Under the pieces are notes generated by a model. That model saw only the letters and a list, made by a program, of their open reading frames with translations. It had not been told where the DNA came from and made no database searches. Position numbers and translations under genes: made by a program. A stretch of DNA of 64,000 nucleotides from a virus (taxonomy: Duplodnaviria > Caudoviricetes), in IMG/VR virus record IMGVR_UViG_3300025168_000080, positions 615-64,614 of that record. The stretch is one strand, 5' to 3'. Each line of letters opens with the position of its first letter. Positions within the stretch are counted from its first letter, which is position 1. Positions 17,798-28,626 of the stretch are shown here, one piece after another.

Positions 17798-20700
17798 TTA
17801 ACAATTTGAAACATTTAATACTAATCCGTTAGTCCCTATTTGTATATATTGATTTGGAGATGTGGATATTTTATAAAACCCAACAGAAGCATAACCTACT
17901 GTCCCTAACAAATCATCAGCACAATTTGAACTTGTATATACTAAATCACCCGGTGCGGGTAATGCGCTTGAACCATTGTGGTAATTTGTATTTGTAATTG
18001 CTCTGGTACATGCTTCTATAGATGTATCAGCAAATGAACTTATACTAAATGCAGTACAAGTAAATGTACAATCACAACACGCTTCAGCAACGGCAGTTGC
18101 GTCATAACATAATTGTTGAGAAGTAATAGACCTTAAATCATATATAAGATAAAGATATTGATTCCCTATAGGTAAAGATAAACTATTTACTGTAGCTTGT
18201 CTTAAATTAGGTGAAGGGGTTGTTACCTCTGAGTTTGCTATTGTTGTTGACGCAGCTAAAAGAGCTGCAACATCAGTAGCATTATTTTGATACAAAGTAT
18301 TAGATGATAAATATTTAAAGTTATTAGAAGGATATATCCAATTATAAGTGTCAAAATTTATTTTGTTTAGTCTAATACTAAAGTTTACACCATCATAAGG
18401 GAAAACACCTTGCGATCTAACGCCTGTTTGAGAAAAATACTCACTAAATACTGAAGAGTTAGTCCCTAATACAGCTAAGTCACTATCTACTGGACTTACC
18501 GTTACACTATCTGCCCATTTATATTCTGGATGAATAGTTTGTGAATTATCATTACCACTGTTTATAACACATTTAATAATAGTGATTGGTACTTTTGGTA
18601 TACAGTCTGGAGTTATAGTAGCACTTACTGTTCCAGTAGGTGTTATTGTTATTATAGCCGTTTGTGGACTATTTGCAGTTTTGTTCCAAGTAAAAGAACC
18701 TGAACCAGTAACAACACCAGAAGTAGTGGTTACTCCATTCCAAAGAATAGATATAGTTGCATTTCCAGTTACGTTATAATTAATTGTCCCTTGTCCTACA
18801 ATAGAACCAAAATTAAAAGTAAAGTTTTTTGCAGTAGTTATTGATGTTAAATTTAATTCTATTCCACAACCTAAAACTTGTTCTGGTATTGGTACATTAA
18901 AATTGTTAGTGCTTAATACGTATTCATCCATATAAGGATCAAAACCACCTAATTTTTGTGTGTTTAGTTGTTCTATAAAAGTGTCTCTAAACCAAGATCT
19001 CATTCCAGTGTCTGATATAACTGTTAAGTTACTTGATACTGCGTTACCAGCAGACGATAGGCGTAATACAGCTAAACGTTTAGTATCTGTAAAATATAAA
19101 TATTGTCCCCACTGAATAAAACTTTCTGGATTAAAACTAATACCATACTCTTCTATTCGTGCAATCTGTTTACCTAATACTAAAGGTGTAGAAACAATTG
19201 CTCCACCACCAACCGCATCACTTAATAAATCTTTTCCAGATTGTACAATACTTATTTTATCTTCTTGTAAACAAAGAACATCTGTTTCTCTTGCATTAAG
19301 AATCATTATAGGTCCAAAAGAAGTTTCAATATCTTTAAAATTAACTAATCCTAAATTAAATTCATTTAAATTGTTTACACCACTATTAAAACTATATAAA
19401 CCACTATATGTAATAGAAGCAAATCTATTTACTTCTTTAAAGTCTTGATTTGAAACTGCTAATGCTCTTTGTCCCATTACTACTGAACGAGCTGCAATAC
19501 GATCTAATATTTTAAAACTTTCTACTCCGTTTCCAAAAACATAGCTATCCATAAAGTCTAATGTAACAATAGCGTCTTGTGATGTGGTTTGGTTTTGTTC
19601 TCCAGTGTCAACATCACCACCTGATTGGTGTAGGTAATTTCCTGTAGCAGCATCTCTGACAATATCAAAAGATTCTGAAGCGTCAAAATATATATCTTCA
19701 TTTGCATCTCGTGGTTGAGTTTCAAAAATTATTGTAGAATCGGCACGTTGTACAACTATATCCACAAAAGCAGTCATTTTTCTTCCACCACCACCAAAAA
19801 ATATCTCATCACTACAACCTTTACCACCACACCTAAATCCAAAATATAAAGGACTATCAGCTTGACCAGGAATAGCTTGAACAAAATTAATATCAAACTT
19901 GAAGTTTTCACCTTGACATTCTATGTTATTCCCACGAGCTGCAACAAGATCATTATTTGGATCTGTTACTGAACCAACTGGTTGTACAACAGTACTGTTA
20001 TATCGTCCTTGTGGAGTTCCGTTAAATGGATTTACTCCCGCAAATTCATCTATATCAGCAACGTCAATATTTGTATCATTCCACCAATCACGGAAGTCAG
20101 TATAGTCTTGTCCTGCTACAAAGTTTTTATCAAAAAGAACTCTACGTTCTGGACAGTTTAAAAAATTATTAGCACGTCTTCTAAACCCAAATTTTATATC
20201 TATTATTGAACCACCAGGAATAGTATAATTCTGTGTTGCCTCAAGTATTGGTGGACTTACAGTAGTATTTGCTGCGGTATAATTATATAAAGGATATGTA
20301 ACTGTATACAAAAAACTACACGTTGGGGCGTTTTCTGAACCTCTTGTAAATTCTCCGTAATCAATAATAGAATCTTCTTTTATAGAAGCATTAAAATTAG
20401 AAACTTTTAATTGCATATATAAACCAGCTAATTGTTCTGAATCTTCACCTAATTCATTTGCGTTATTTAAAAAATTACTGGATTGTGCTTCAATATCTAA
20501 AACAGTTGTTTCAACTAAAGAACTTAATGCTCCGTCCGCATCTTTTTTTACAATTAATCTATCTCCTATTTTTACCTTAGATTGATTGTCACCATCTAAT
20601 TTAAAATGTGTTACATTGTCAAACGGATTATTATAAAAGAAATTTGTATAAATAGTTTCATAAGCTGTTTTACTTGGTTTTACTACAAATTTATATTTTT

Positions 20701-22651
20701 TTGCCCAAGAAGGTGCATAATTTTGAATTGTACTTTGTATTCTATTTTTAAATACACTATTTTCTGGTGGAATAAATACAGTATTATATTCTGAAACTAA
20801 AACTGTTGAAGCTCGTGCGTATTCATCTAAATATACTATACCAGTTTCAAAATCTCTATTACTGTGCAATGTAGATTTGTCACTAATTTCGGTAAAAATA
20901 GCAGTAGCTCTAAGTAATTGATAGTACTCATACATGTCTGTTGTTTGAGCATTATCAGTACTACGAAATTGCATTGCTAATAATTGTATAGAAAATGAAT
21001 CTGAACCAGGTGTAGCAGAAATTTTTAAACCTTGTTGATTAGTACTATCAGTCACACTACTTAAAACTGATGTAAATGTACATTGGTTTTGAGGAGGATT
21101 AATTGCAGAGTTAAAAGCATCAGTTAATGAAAATCCACTTGCTGCTGTAGCTATAGGTTGAAAGTTTGTACCCTCAATAGTTCCTATTTGATTTTCAAAA
21201 TCTGCACTGGTTACTAAATCATATATACTTGAATAATCACTTGTTAAAGTAATTGTTGTATCTATACTTATATCTGGAGATTGAAAAGATGAATTTTCAG
21301 TATAACAAGTTGTTGTTGTTGTCCCGTTTATTAATGAGTGTTCAAATCGTAATTGAATAGTTAACTGTGCACCACGTACTAATTTATCAGCTACATTAGT
21401 TAAATTAAAAGTTGCCGTAGAATTAGGTACGGTAGTAGTTACTGAAGGATTAATCGTGTAAGATACTCCATTAGAAAAAGTACCGGGAGGTAAATTTATT
21501 AAATTAATTAGTTCTGAAATTAAAGATGTATTGTAATCAACAGCTATATCTTGCCCATTTTCATTTGTAATATTAAAACCATCTGTATAGTTTCCATACA
21601 TTAGTCGGTTACCCATAATAGTTTGTGCTTGGGCAATTAAAGGTACATTGTCATATAAACGTAATAATTCATCAGAACCTAAAACAGTATATATTTTGCT
21701 GTTTGTAAAAACATATTCTTGTTGCTGATTGTTACCCCACCCATAATCAGATTTTTTAAATCTTTCAATTACATAAATACTATTTGTGTTTGAATCTTTA
21801 TATAATAAATCTACTTCTTGCACTCGGCTACTACCTGTGCTAAAATTAATTCGTGCTCCATTAAAATTGTTTTCCATACCCGCATTATCATAATTACGAG
21901 TGTCAAACCTAAAGTTACCTGGCTGAAATGCAGGATTAGAAAATAATGAAGTTGCACTATATTCACCATTACCATATCTATATCTATAAGCAAAACTTAT
22001 AAATCTGTCTTTTAAGTAGTTCTCACCACCTGCAGCAGTTATTAAAGTAAATGTAGGCGCTGTTAAAGGGGTATCTCCTCCTGTTACAAGGTCCTCAAAT
22101 CCTGGTGGTTTTAAAACAACCGAAAGATCTTCTTCTTGAATACCATCAACACCACCACTTGGAAATGAATAAAAATCATTCACGTTAATTCTTCTTGGTG
22201 GGTTTTTGTCATCTGTAAAGAATAATAAATTTTCTATTTTATTAACACCAGTTATTAAAAATTTTGGATCGAAATTTAAAACCGATTGAGTAATAACGTG
22301 ATATCTTAAAACAGAATTGTTAGTATTAAAAGAGACAATCAAATCAAGTTTTATATTACTAACTCCATATTCTGGATCATGTACAAACCAATATAAAGTT
22401 TCTTCTGAACCATCTTCTAAAGCCCCTATACATGTAGCTGTTGTAGATAAATTTACACCATTAAAAGATAAAGTAGTTAATTGAGAATTACCTCGTGAAT
22501 TTTCTACCGCACCAATTTCAGTGGTTTCAGTAGAACCTAAGCGCACGTTCATAGCATCAATGTATTCACCCTCTGGGAGTAAACGCTCATCAATAGACTT
22601 GTTCATTCTTCCTTTTACAAAGGAAACGTAATCTAATTTAGTTTGTGCCAT
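17798..22651 (-). CDS. Tail nozzle / stabilisation (tubular B-like) protein with C-terminal extension
   Basis: N-terminus FVKGRMNKSIDERLLPEGEYIDAMNVR, LFFTDDKNPPRRIN, YGISFNPESF, YFTDTKR, LGGFDPYMDEYVL: beta-propeller nozzle motifs of crAss-like/flavobacterial podoviruses. Confidence 0.8.
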   Translation of the reverse strand: MAQTKLDYVSFVKGRMNKSIDERLLPEGEYIDAMNVRLGSTETTEIGAVENSRGNSQLTTLSFNGVNLSTTATCIGALEDGSEETLYWFVHDPEYGVSNIKLDLIVSFNTNNSVLRYHVITQSVLNFDPKFLITGVNKIENLLFFTDDKNPPRRINVNDFYSFPSGGVDGIQEEDLSVVLKPPGFEDLVTGGDTPLTAPTFTLITAAGGENYLKDRFISFAYRYRYGNGEYSATSLFSNPAFQPGNFRFDTRNYDNAGMENNFNGARINFSTGSSRVQEVDLLYKDSNTNSIYVIERFKKSDYGWGNNQQQEYVFTNSKIYTVLGSDELLRLYDNVPLIAQAQTIMGNRLMYGNYTDGFNITNENGQDIAVDYNTSLISELINLINLPPGTFSNGVSYTINPSVTTTVPNSTATFNLTNVADKLVRGAQLTIQLRFEHSLINGTTTTTCYTENSSFQSPDISIDTTITLTSDYSSIYDLVTSADFENQIGTIEGTNFQPIATAASGFSLTDAFNSAINPPQNQCTFTSVLSSVTDSTNQQGLKISATPGSDSFSIQLLAMQFRSTDNAQTTDMYEYYQLLRATAIFTEISDKSTLHSNRDFETGIVYLDEYARASTVLVSEYNTVFIPPENSVFKNRIQSTIQNYAPSWAKKYKFVVKPSKTAYETIYTNFFYNNPFDNVTHFKLDGDNQSKVKIGDRLIVKKDADGALSSLVETTVLDIEAQSSNFLNNANELGEDSEQLAGLYMQLKVSNFNASIKEDSIIDYGEFTRGSENAPTCSFLYTVTYPLYNYTAANTTVSPPILEATQNYTIPGGSIIDIKFGFRRRANNFLNCPERRVLFDKNFVAGQDYTDFRDWWNDTNIDVADIDEFAGVNPFNGTPQGRYNSTVVQPVGSVTDPNNDLVAARGNNIECQGENFKFDINFVQAIPGQADSPLYFGFRCGGKGCSDEIFFGGGGRKMTAFVDIVVQRADSTIIFETQPRDANEDIYFDASESFDIVRDAATGNYLHQSGGDVDTGEQNQTTSQDAIVTLDFMDSYVFGNGVESFKILDRIAARSVVMGQRALAVSNQDFKEVNRFASITYSGLYSFNSGVNNLNEFNLGLVNFKDIETSFGPIMILNARETDVLCLQEDKISIVQSGKDLLSDAVGGGAIVSTPLVLGKQIARIEEYGISFNPESFIQWGQYLYFTDTKRLAVLRLSSAGNAVSSNLTVISDTGMRSWFRDTFIEQLNTQKLGGFDPYMDEYVLSTNNFNVPIPEQVLGCGIELNLTSITTAKNFTFNFGSIVGQGTINYNVTGNATISILWNGVTTTSGVVTGSGSFTWNKTANSPQTAIITITPTGTVSATITPDCIPKVPITIIKCVINSGNDNSQTIHPEYKWADSVTVSPVDSDLAVLGTNSSVFSEYFSQTGVRSQGVFPYDGVNFSIRLNKINFDTYNWIYPSNNFKYLSSNTLYQNNATDVAALLAASTTIANSEVTTPSPNLRQATVNSLSLPIGNQYLYLIYDLRSITSQQLCYDATAVAEACCDCTFTCTAFSISSFADTSIEACTRAITNTNYHNGSSALPAPGDLVYTSSNCADDLLGTVGYASVGFYKISTSPNQYIQIGTNGLVLNVSNC

Positions 22652-22652
22652 A

Positions 22653-23567
22653 TTATTTTATCCATTTATCCTGTCCTCGCATATTCATTAAGAGTCTGCC
22701 AGGATGAATATTACTTAATCTTAGTTTGGCATTTCGCAACAAAGATGATTTATCTTTTCGTGCTCTATTTATTATATATTCTTGGACTCCATATCGACCA
22801 TTTAAAATAGAATAACGTATGTATGCGTAAATAAATTCTTCAAATAGTTTGTTTACGCTAACTTGAGAATCATTCCCGTTTTCCATACCATCCGAAACAT
22901 ATTCTAATACCATAGAATCAGCACCAGTAACAGTATCAAAATGAATAATTCCATTTTGTTTATCAATTTTAAAAGTAGGGTTTGCATTTGCAGTTTCAGG
23001 ATTTAACCCAAAACGAGCACCGACTGCAAAATCAAAATACCAACAACCATCAACACAAGTTCCTTCTTGTCCATTAAACAAACTATTACGATTTAAATAT
23101 ATAGATCTTTGACCTCTACTTAAATCTACTTGAGATTCTTGTGGACTTAAAACATTACCATCTTGATCAAATAATAAATTAGAATTATTATCTTGTAAGT
23201 ATGCAGAAGAAAAATTAGTTTGAATGTTTTCTGTTAATGGAAATAATATACCATTTTTATATTGAGATATTCTAACCCAATTAACATAATCAGATGGTAA
23301 CACCATAGAGTTGGTGTGATTTAAGGTCAACTGTAATATTTTAATTTCTTTCATCGCATCATAATTCAATTCTTGAATTCCTCTTTTAGCGTGAAACAAT
23401 ACTTGATACCTATCTAAATTATTTACTAACTCATGGTTTCCTTGCATCATTAACATAAAATTATTTACTATGTCTTTTAAAGAAACGTATTGATACGAAC
23501 CTTGATTTGCATCTGTTGGATTTGTATCGTTATTTTGGTAGTACGTATATTGACTTATATATGCCAT
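22653..23567 (-). CDS. Structural protein (tail ring/adaptor)
   Basis: 304 aa; LPSDYVNWVRI motif; located between the capsid and nozzle genes. Confidence 0.65.
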   Translation of the reverse strand: MAYISQYTYYQNNDTNPTDANQGSYQYVSLKDIVNNFMLMMQGNHELVNNLDRYQVLFHAKRGIQELNYDAMKEIKILQLTLNHTNSMVLPSDYVNWVRISQYKNGILFPLTENIQTNFSSAYLQDNNSNLLFDQDGNVLSPQESQVDLSRGQRSIYLNRNSLFNGQEGTCVDGCWYFDFAVGARFGLNPETANANPTFKIDKQNGIIHFDTVTGADSMVLEYVSDGMENGNDSQVSVNKLFEEFIYAYIRYSILNGRYGVQEYIINRARKDKSSLLRNAKLRLSNIHPGRLLMNMRGQDKWIK

Positions 23568-23569
23568 AA

Positions 23570-24580
23570 TTATCCTTGTATTGCGTTATCATTTTTTTCT
23601 TGTGCTGCACCAAATTGGTAAACATCACCCTCTCTTATTTCAACTCCAATGTACTGACATATTTTAGCTATTAACGCTGGTTCATCTGACAATGGTAATT
23701 CAAAGTCTTGATAATCAGCAGCAGAATCATTAAACAATGGTTCTCCTCCAACTAAATTTACAAAAGTCCATCTCGGTGTTAAAGGATATCTTATGTATTG
23801 TACTTTTACTGCACCTTTTTGTCTTATTGTACTTGGATATACTGTAATAGTATTACCAAGACTTCCTGCTCCAGGATTAGTATTTGAACTTGCCCCACCT
23901 AAAACATATGCTGGGAATTGTGTTGTTGGTGCAGTTAAGTTTGAACTAATTAACTCAAATATTTTATTTTGATTTACTCTTTCTACTTCAGTTATATTAA
24001 CACCACTGTACACTATATAATTTTGTCCATTCGCCATTATGTCTGCGGATGTACTTATTGTAGTAGCACTATCTACGGCTGTAACATAAGCTTGTGAAAT
24101 TGGTGCAGAAGACGTATTAACTATTATACTGCCTATAGGTGGGTTCTGTAAAAATGTTGGATTAGCTGGGGAAGCTACAAAACCACCTGTACTATCTATT
24201 AACTTATAACCTTGTTGCGCAGTAGTAGTACCAGCAAAAGTTGCTGTGGGATAATAAAATATTTTATTAACTAAATAATAATCATTAGGTAAACTATATA
24301 AATTTGCGTTATTTAAATTTGCAACTGATTGATCTAAAAATACTTCAGCTGAAAAACTATCTATAACTTCCTCTAATCCTTTTACAATATTTGCATAACC
24401 AATACCAGACTGTCTTGCGTTTTCTTTTAAAATCCAACTGTTATACTGATAAAAATAATTTTCAAATATATCTAATTGTGCTTGTTCACAATAAAGATTA
24501 AAATCTTGTGGTGAGATATAGCCATAGTTATTTTTGTTAGCAATTGCTAATACTGTATCTCTAACTTCATTGATTGGCAT
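23570..24580 (-). CDS. Structural protein (tail ring / tubular A-like adaptor)
   Basis: NKNNYGYISPQDFN..AQ, YSLPNDY, YIRYP, DFELP pattern of ring proteins; synteny. Confidence 0.7.
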   Translation of the reverse strand: MPINEVRDTVLAIANKNNYGYISPQDFNLYCEQAQLDIFENYFYQYNSWILKENARQSGIGYANIVKGLEEVIDSFSAEVFLDQSVANLNNANLYSLPNDYYLVNKIFYYPTATFAGTTTAQQGYKLIDSTGGFVASPANPTFLQNPPIGSIIVNTSSAPISQAYVTAVDSATTISTSADIMANGQNYIVYSGVNITEVERVNQNKIFELISSNLTAPTTQFPAYVLGGASSNTNPGAGSLGNTITVYPSTIRQKGAVKVQYIRYPLTPRWTFVNLVGGEPLFNDSAADYQDFELPLSDEPALIAKICQYIGVEIREGDVYQFGAAQEKNDNAIQG

Positions 24581-24595
24581 AATAATATCTTTTTA

Positions 24596-24603
24596 CAAAG
24601 ATA
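24596..24603 (-). promoter_or_regulatory. Bacteroidota -7 promoter box TATCTTTG
   Basis: Exact TAnnTTTG just downstream of a terminator and upstream of the ATG at 24580. Confidence 0.65.
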
Positions 24604-24605
24604 AT

Positions 24606-24640
24606 AAAAAAAAAAGAGGCTACTTTATTTGTAACCTCTT
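24606..24640 (-). terminator. Rho-independent terminator
   Basis: Minus strand AAGAGGTTAC-loop-GTAGCCTCTT followed by a long U run, downstream of 24666-25082. Confidence 0.75.
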
Positions 24641-24665
24641 CTTAGTTAGTTAGTAATTTTAATTA

Positions 24666-25082
24666 CTATGATAATGCTCCTGCAGCTTTTACTCCTAATT
24701 CAATAGCAGTAATAGTCACCGCTACATAAGCAGAAGCAGCCGAAACTGGTAATCCTTGAGGCGTGTAAACAGGTTGTTGCCAAGATAATTGTAAAGATTT
24801 CTCAACAGCATCATTTAACCAATTCTTCATTGAAGAAGAATTAGCTACAACAGCATCGTGAGTAATTTTGTACGCTTGTACAACATTAGTTTGTGCTGTA
24901 ACTGAAGCTGAACCATCACTTGCAATAGCATAACCTGCTTGTGCAGTTGAATTTCCAGCGTAAAAGATATTGACAACAGTGTCACTTTCTTGTTTGATTT
25001 CAACAATTCCAGCAACTGGAATTAAAATGTCACCTTTGTTTTGTCCAGTACCAGACTTAAATAATTTAATAAACTTTTCCAT
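24666..25082 (-). CDS. Hypothetical structural protein (possible capsid decoration)
   Basis: 138-aa Ala/Val-rich ORF with its own -7 box (25123-25130) and terminator, which suggests high expression. Confidence 0.55.
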   Translation of the reverse strand: MEKFIKLFKSGTGQNKGDILIPVAGIVEIKQESDTVVNIFYAGNSTAQAGYAIASDGSASVTAQTNVVQAYKITHDAVVANSSSMKNWLNDAVEKSLQLSWQQPVYTPQGLPVSAASAYVAVTITAIELGVKAAGALS

Positions 25083-25122
25083 AAGTAAAAATATTAATGG
25101 GTTAATGAGAAAATTCTCTCTG

Positions 25123-25130
25123 CAAAGATA
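25123..25130 (-). promoter_or_regulatory. Bacteroidota -7 promoter box TATCTTTG
   Basis: Exact TAnnTTTG in the intergenic region upstream of 25082. Confidence 0.6.
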
Positions 25131-25134
25131 TAAA

Positions 25135-25890
25135 TTATTCTTTTTCTTTTTTAAGCTTATTTTTTAACAACTTATAAATTTCTATACCTTCATCACTTTG
25201 AAAATGAGACGCTACAATAAAAAATGCATCTTCTCCAAATGGAACAGTTAAAAGTTTCTTTTTGTTTTTAGGCAAATTAAAATACACTTCTTTGTTACCA
25301 TTTCTAAATGTTAAAAATCCATTATCAAAAAATCGATACACATCATCTTGTAAAGCCAACATAGGATCATTTAATGTGTCTATAAATTCTAAAGGATATT
25401 GTCTTGCATAAAGAAGTATGTCTCTTCTTAATTCAGTAGTTGTCATTTTATCAACATTTTTACCAAGCAATACTCTTGCTACAGAAATAATTTGATCTAT
25501 ACTTAATTCTTTAGCAGCAATTAATGCATCTAATTCCATTTCCACTACTTCTAATTCTTCAGCAGCATCTTTGGCAGAATTTATTTCTTCAAAGACTTTG
25601 TCTCTTTGTGGGTGATAATATAAAAATTGTTGTAATATTTGGTTTTGTTTTGATACATATAAAACACCATCGTCAAAAGTAACGGGTTCTAAAATAGCAT
25701 TTCCGTCTTGTTCATCCTCAAAAGGAGAGCGTTGGTTTTTAGCGTATCGTAAAGGTCTATTAACACCTTTTTCATCATCGAACCACAATAAAGGGTATCG
25801 ATTTGAGTGACGTGTAGGCAACATATAACATAATGGTGCAGTGTCTCTCTTTAATCTGTAGAACTTGTCTTCGTATTTTTCTTTTTTCAT
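25135..25890 (-). CDS. Hypothetical protein downstream of the major capsid gene
   Basis: 251-aa ORF, charged and helical; head module position. Confidence 0.7.
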   Translation of the reverse strand: MKKEKYEDKFYRLKRDTAPLCYMLPTRHSNRYPLLWFDDEKGVNRPLRYAKNQRSPFEDEQDGNAILEPVTFDDGVLYVSKQNQILQQFLYYHPQRDKVFEEINSAKDAAEELEVVEMELDALIAAKELSIDQIISVARVLLGKNVDKMTTTELRRDILLYARQYPLEFIDTLNDPMLALQDDVYRFFDNGFLTFRNGNKEVYFNLPKNKKKLLTVPFGEDAFFIVASHFQSDEGIEIYKLLKNKLKKEKE

Positions 25891-25913
25891 TATAATATAA
25901 TTTAATTTGATTT

Positions 25914-25953
25914 AAAAAAAATAATAACTACCCTCGTCAATACAACGAGGGTA
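25914..25953 (-). terminator. Hairpin terminator/attenuator after the major capsid gene
   Basis: Perfect 9-bp stem TACCCTCGT (25929-25937) / ACGAGGGTA (25945-25953) followed on the minus strand by U-rich sequence. Confidence 0.7.
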
Positions 25954-25973
25954 ACTATTACTACTATTTACTA

Positions 25974-27431
25974 TTAATCTTGAAATATAAAGAAGTTGTT
26001 TGCACCTAAAGTACATACAGCTCTTTCACTCAAGAAGTTAACTTCCATTGCATCAAGATCAGAAGTTCTTGCACCACCAGCAGAACCAGTAATCCAAGTT
26101 TTGTAACGTCTGTCTTCAGTTTCAGAAGCTCTATATCTTACGTGTAAGAATGGTCTTTTAGCGTTCTTACCTAAGATTTGGTCATATACAGTTGTTGAAC
26201 CAGCTGGGACTAAAAGTCCATTTACTTTTCCACCAACAATACCACCTCTCATAGTAGGATCGTTTAAGTATTTCCAATCAGACTTGTAAAAGTCATAACC
26301 TCTTCTGAATCCTGTAAATCCAAGATTTAAAGCCATTTCTTCATCATTGTCAAATAAACCATATGATGTACCACCAGCTCCATAAGAGTTTTGAGCAGCT
26401 AACATATCGTCAATATCAAATGAGAAGTTTCTATTTAAGAAAATTACATTCTCTTCAATAGCACCTTGCTTGTCTAATCTTTGAATTACATTATCAAAAT
26501 CAGCTAATACTTGTGGATTTCCTCCACCGTATACATTACCTCTTTGTCCAACAACAAAAAAGATTCCATCAGAACCATTTAAGTTTGCCGCAGATAATCC
26601 AGCTCCAGTTCCTTGTAAAAAGTCACCAGCTCCAGAACCTGCTACTGCAGGAACAGCTTCAATCATTGCAGTCTCAAGATAGTCTTCAAAACGAAGTCTT
26701 GTTTCGTGCTCAGATTTTAAATACCATAAGTATCCAGAAGCTCCATTTTCAGTTGTAACTTCAATCCATCCAATTTGAGCCATGTCAGAACCAGAAACAG
26801 AATACTTGTCTTTGATTATAATTGGCTTGTTACTGAAAATAAAGTCATCAGCTTCTAAAGAACCTTGCATTCCAAGAGTTCCTTTGTTAAATTCAGAACC
26901 ATATATAAAAATATCACACTCTGCATTTGGAGCAATTTGTTGCGTCAATTCATAGTATGCTATTTTTACAACATTAACTCCAAGACCTCCAGCGGAAGGT
27001 GCTTCTTTAACAATACCTTTAACGCTCAAAGTAGAACCAGGAGTGTTATCAGATATCATTACAGTTTGTCCAACTCTAAGAGCTGCTAAACTACCACCAC
27101 CCAATGCAGGGTTAAAGTTAGTAATGTTGTTTGGAATTGTCCAATCAGCTTCAATAGCAGTGCTTGCTGATGCTGTTGTACACTTAGTGTATTTAGTGTG
27201 TAATCTTCCTTGCTCTGCCCATTTGATAAGGTCGGAGTTAGAAGGCATTTCAGCTCCTACCATTCTAAGGAAGGAAGCTACAGATCGATTGCCATATCTT
27301 TCAAATTCTTTTTCATATGTATCAGGTAAATACTGATTCAAGAAATCAAAATTTGTAATATAATTGGTAGACAACGGTACTTGTTGACTACTTGGTTGCA
27401 AATCAAAACCAGGGGCTACATTTACTGCCAT
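25974..27431 (-). CDS. Major capsid protein
   Basis: 485 aa; follows portal and scaffold; codon usage typical of high expression; downstream terminator. Confidence 0.85.
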   Translation of the reverse strand: MAVNVAPGFDLQPSSQQVPLSTNYITNFDFLNQYLPDTYEKEFERYGNRSVASFLRMVGAEMPSNSDLIKWAEQGRLHTKYTKCTTASASTAIEADWTIPNNITNFNPALGGGSLAALRVGQTVMISDNTPGSTLSVKGIVKEAPSAGGLGVNVVKIAYYELTQQIAPNAECDIFIYGSEFNKGTLGMQGSLEADDFIFSNKPIIIKDKYSVSGSDMAQIGWIEVTTENGASGYLWYLKSEHETRLRFEDYLETAMIEAVPAVAGSGAGDFLQGTGAGLSAANLNGSDGIFFVVGQRGNVYGGGNPQVLADFDNVIQRLDKQGAIEENVIFLNRNFSFDIDDMLAAQNSYGAGGTSYGLFDNDEEMALNLGFTGFRRGYDFYKSDWKYLNDPTMRGGIVGGKVNGLLVPAGSTTVYDQILGKNAKRPFLHVRYRASETEDRRYKTWITGSAGGARTSDLDAMEVNFLSERAVCTLGANNFFIFQD

Positions 27432-27457
27432 AATTTTTAATTTTTAAATTTTGTTAA

Positions 27458-28576
27458 TTATTTATTTTTAATACTTCTAATTTTGAGTCCTCGTCCACTA
27501 CTGTCGTTTTGTACTGCTCTAATTTGCAAACCATCTTTTGCATTCATTCTTGGAGCTTGTCTCACATCCATATTAATGTTTTTAGATTTTCTACTAACAT
27601 CATCTACGGTTTGAGATACTCCTAAATCATAAAAATGTTTTGCAAACTTATCAGGATTTAATGCAACTGAAATAGCTTTATGATAGGATTTAGCATCCTT
27701 TATTAAGCCATCATCACCTACAAATTTACCGACAAAATTACCAAAATCCTTTTGGACATTGTATAATTCATTTGCTTCTCCTGGTTTATAGGTAATATTA
27801 TTATCCCCAACACTAAAATCAAAACCTTTGAAATCATTGTTAAAAACCTCTTGGCTTTTTTGGGAAAAATAATCTCGCCTTTTCTGGGAGATTTCTTTGG
27901 AAGATTTAGATTCCTCTATGTAACTCTTATAAGCATTAAGTTCTTTTTCTTGATTTTCAGATAACCCACCCCCACTTGACTCAAGAGGAATTTTATATTT
28001 ATCTTTTTCTTCGTTAAAAAACTTTTTTGCTTTTGCAAGTTCTCGTTTTTTAGCTAACTTTTTCTTCTTAATATCTTTAGGTTCGTCTAAGTCTTCATCA
28101 AACCCAAACTTATCTTCTATGATATCTTGAATGTCTATTGCATCTAAACCTTCTTCTTGGTTTGCAATATAGTCAGCCAGTACAGCATCTTCGTCCATAG
28201 TATCATAATCTCTTTGTAAATTATAGAAATCACTAATACCACGTCCAGTTTCTTGCTTGTACTTTAAATACATAGACACATCTTCAGGTAATGGTTCGTT
28301 TGCCTCTTTTTCCGCAAACAGTTCTTCAACTGAATTTATATCTTTGTTATATCTATCTTTAATATAAGAAAGAACGTGTTCGTCATTTAACTCTGACGAT
28401 GGAGTATTTTCTTCAGAGGTGTTATCCTCTTCTTTGTTAACTATAGTAGAATCAACTACATTAGTTTGGTTGTCTGCCTCTTGCAACTGAGCCTCGTGTT
28501 CTTTTAAAAGTTGTTCTTCTATTTGAACTTTAGACTTTGTTTCGTTGCCTTCTACGGCTCTTACTTTTATTTCCAT
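27458..28576 (-). CDS. Capsid scaffolding protein (putative)
   Basis: Highly acidic N-terminus and coiled-coil body, immediately upstream of the capsid gene. Confidence 0.7.
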   Translation of the reverse strand: MEIKVRAVEGNETKSKVQIEEQLLKEHEAQLQEADNQTNVVDSTIVNKEEDNTSEENTPSSELNDEHVLSYIKDRYNKDINSVEELFAEKEANEPLPEDVSMYLKYKQETGRGISDFYNLQRDYDTMDEDAVLADYIANQEEGLDAIDIQDIIEDKFGFDEDLDEPKDIKKKKLAKKRELAKAKKFFNEEKDKYKIPLESSGGGLSENQEKELNAYKSYIEESKSSKEISQKRRDYFSQKSQEVFNNDFKGFDFSVGDNNITYKPGEANELYNVQKDFGNFVGKFVGDDGLIKDAKSYHKAISVALNPDKFAKHFYDLGVSQTVDDVSRKSKNINMDVRQAPRMNAKDGLQIRAVQNDSSGRGLKIRSIKNK

Positions 28577-28598
28577 TAGATTAAATTTTAATTTAGTA

Positions 28599-28606
28599 CA
28601 AAGTTA
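28599..28606 (-). promoter_or_regulatory. Bacteroidota -7 promoter box TAACTTTG
   Basis: Exact TAnnTTTG upstream of the scaffold-capsid unit. Confidence 0.65.
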
Positions 28607-28626
28607 TACATTTATTTAGTTAATAT

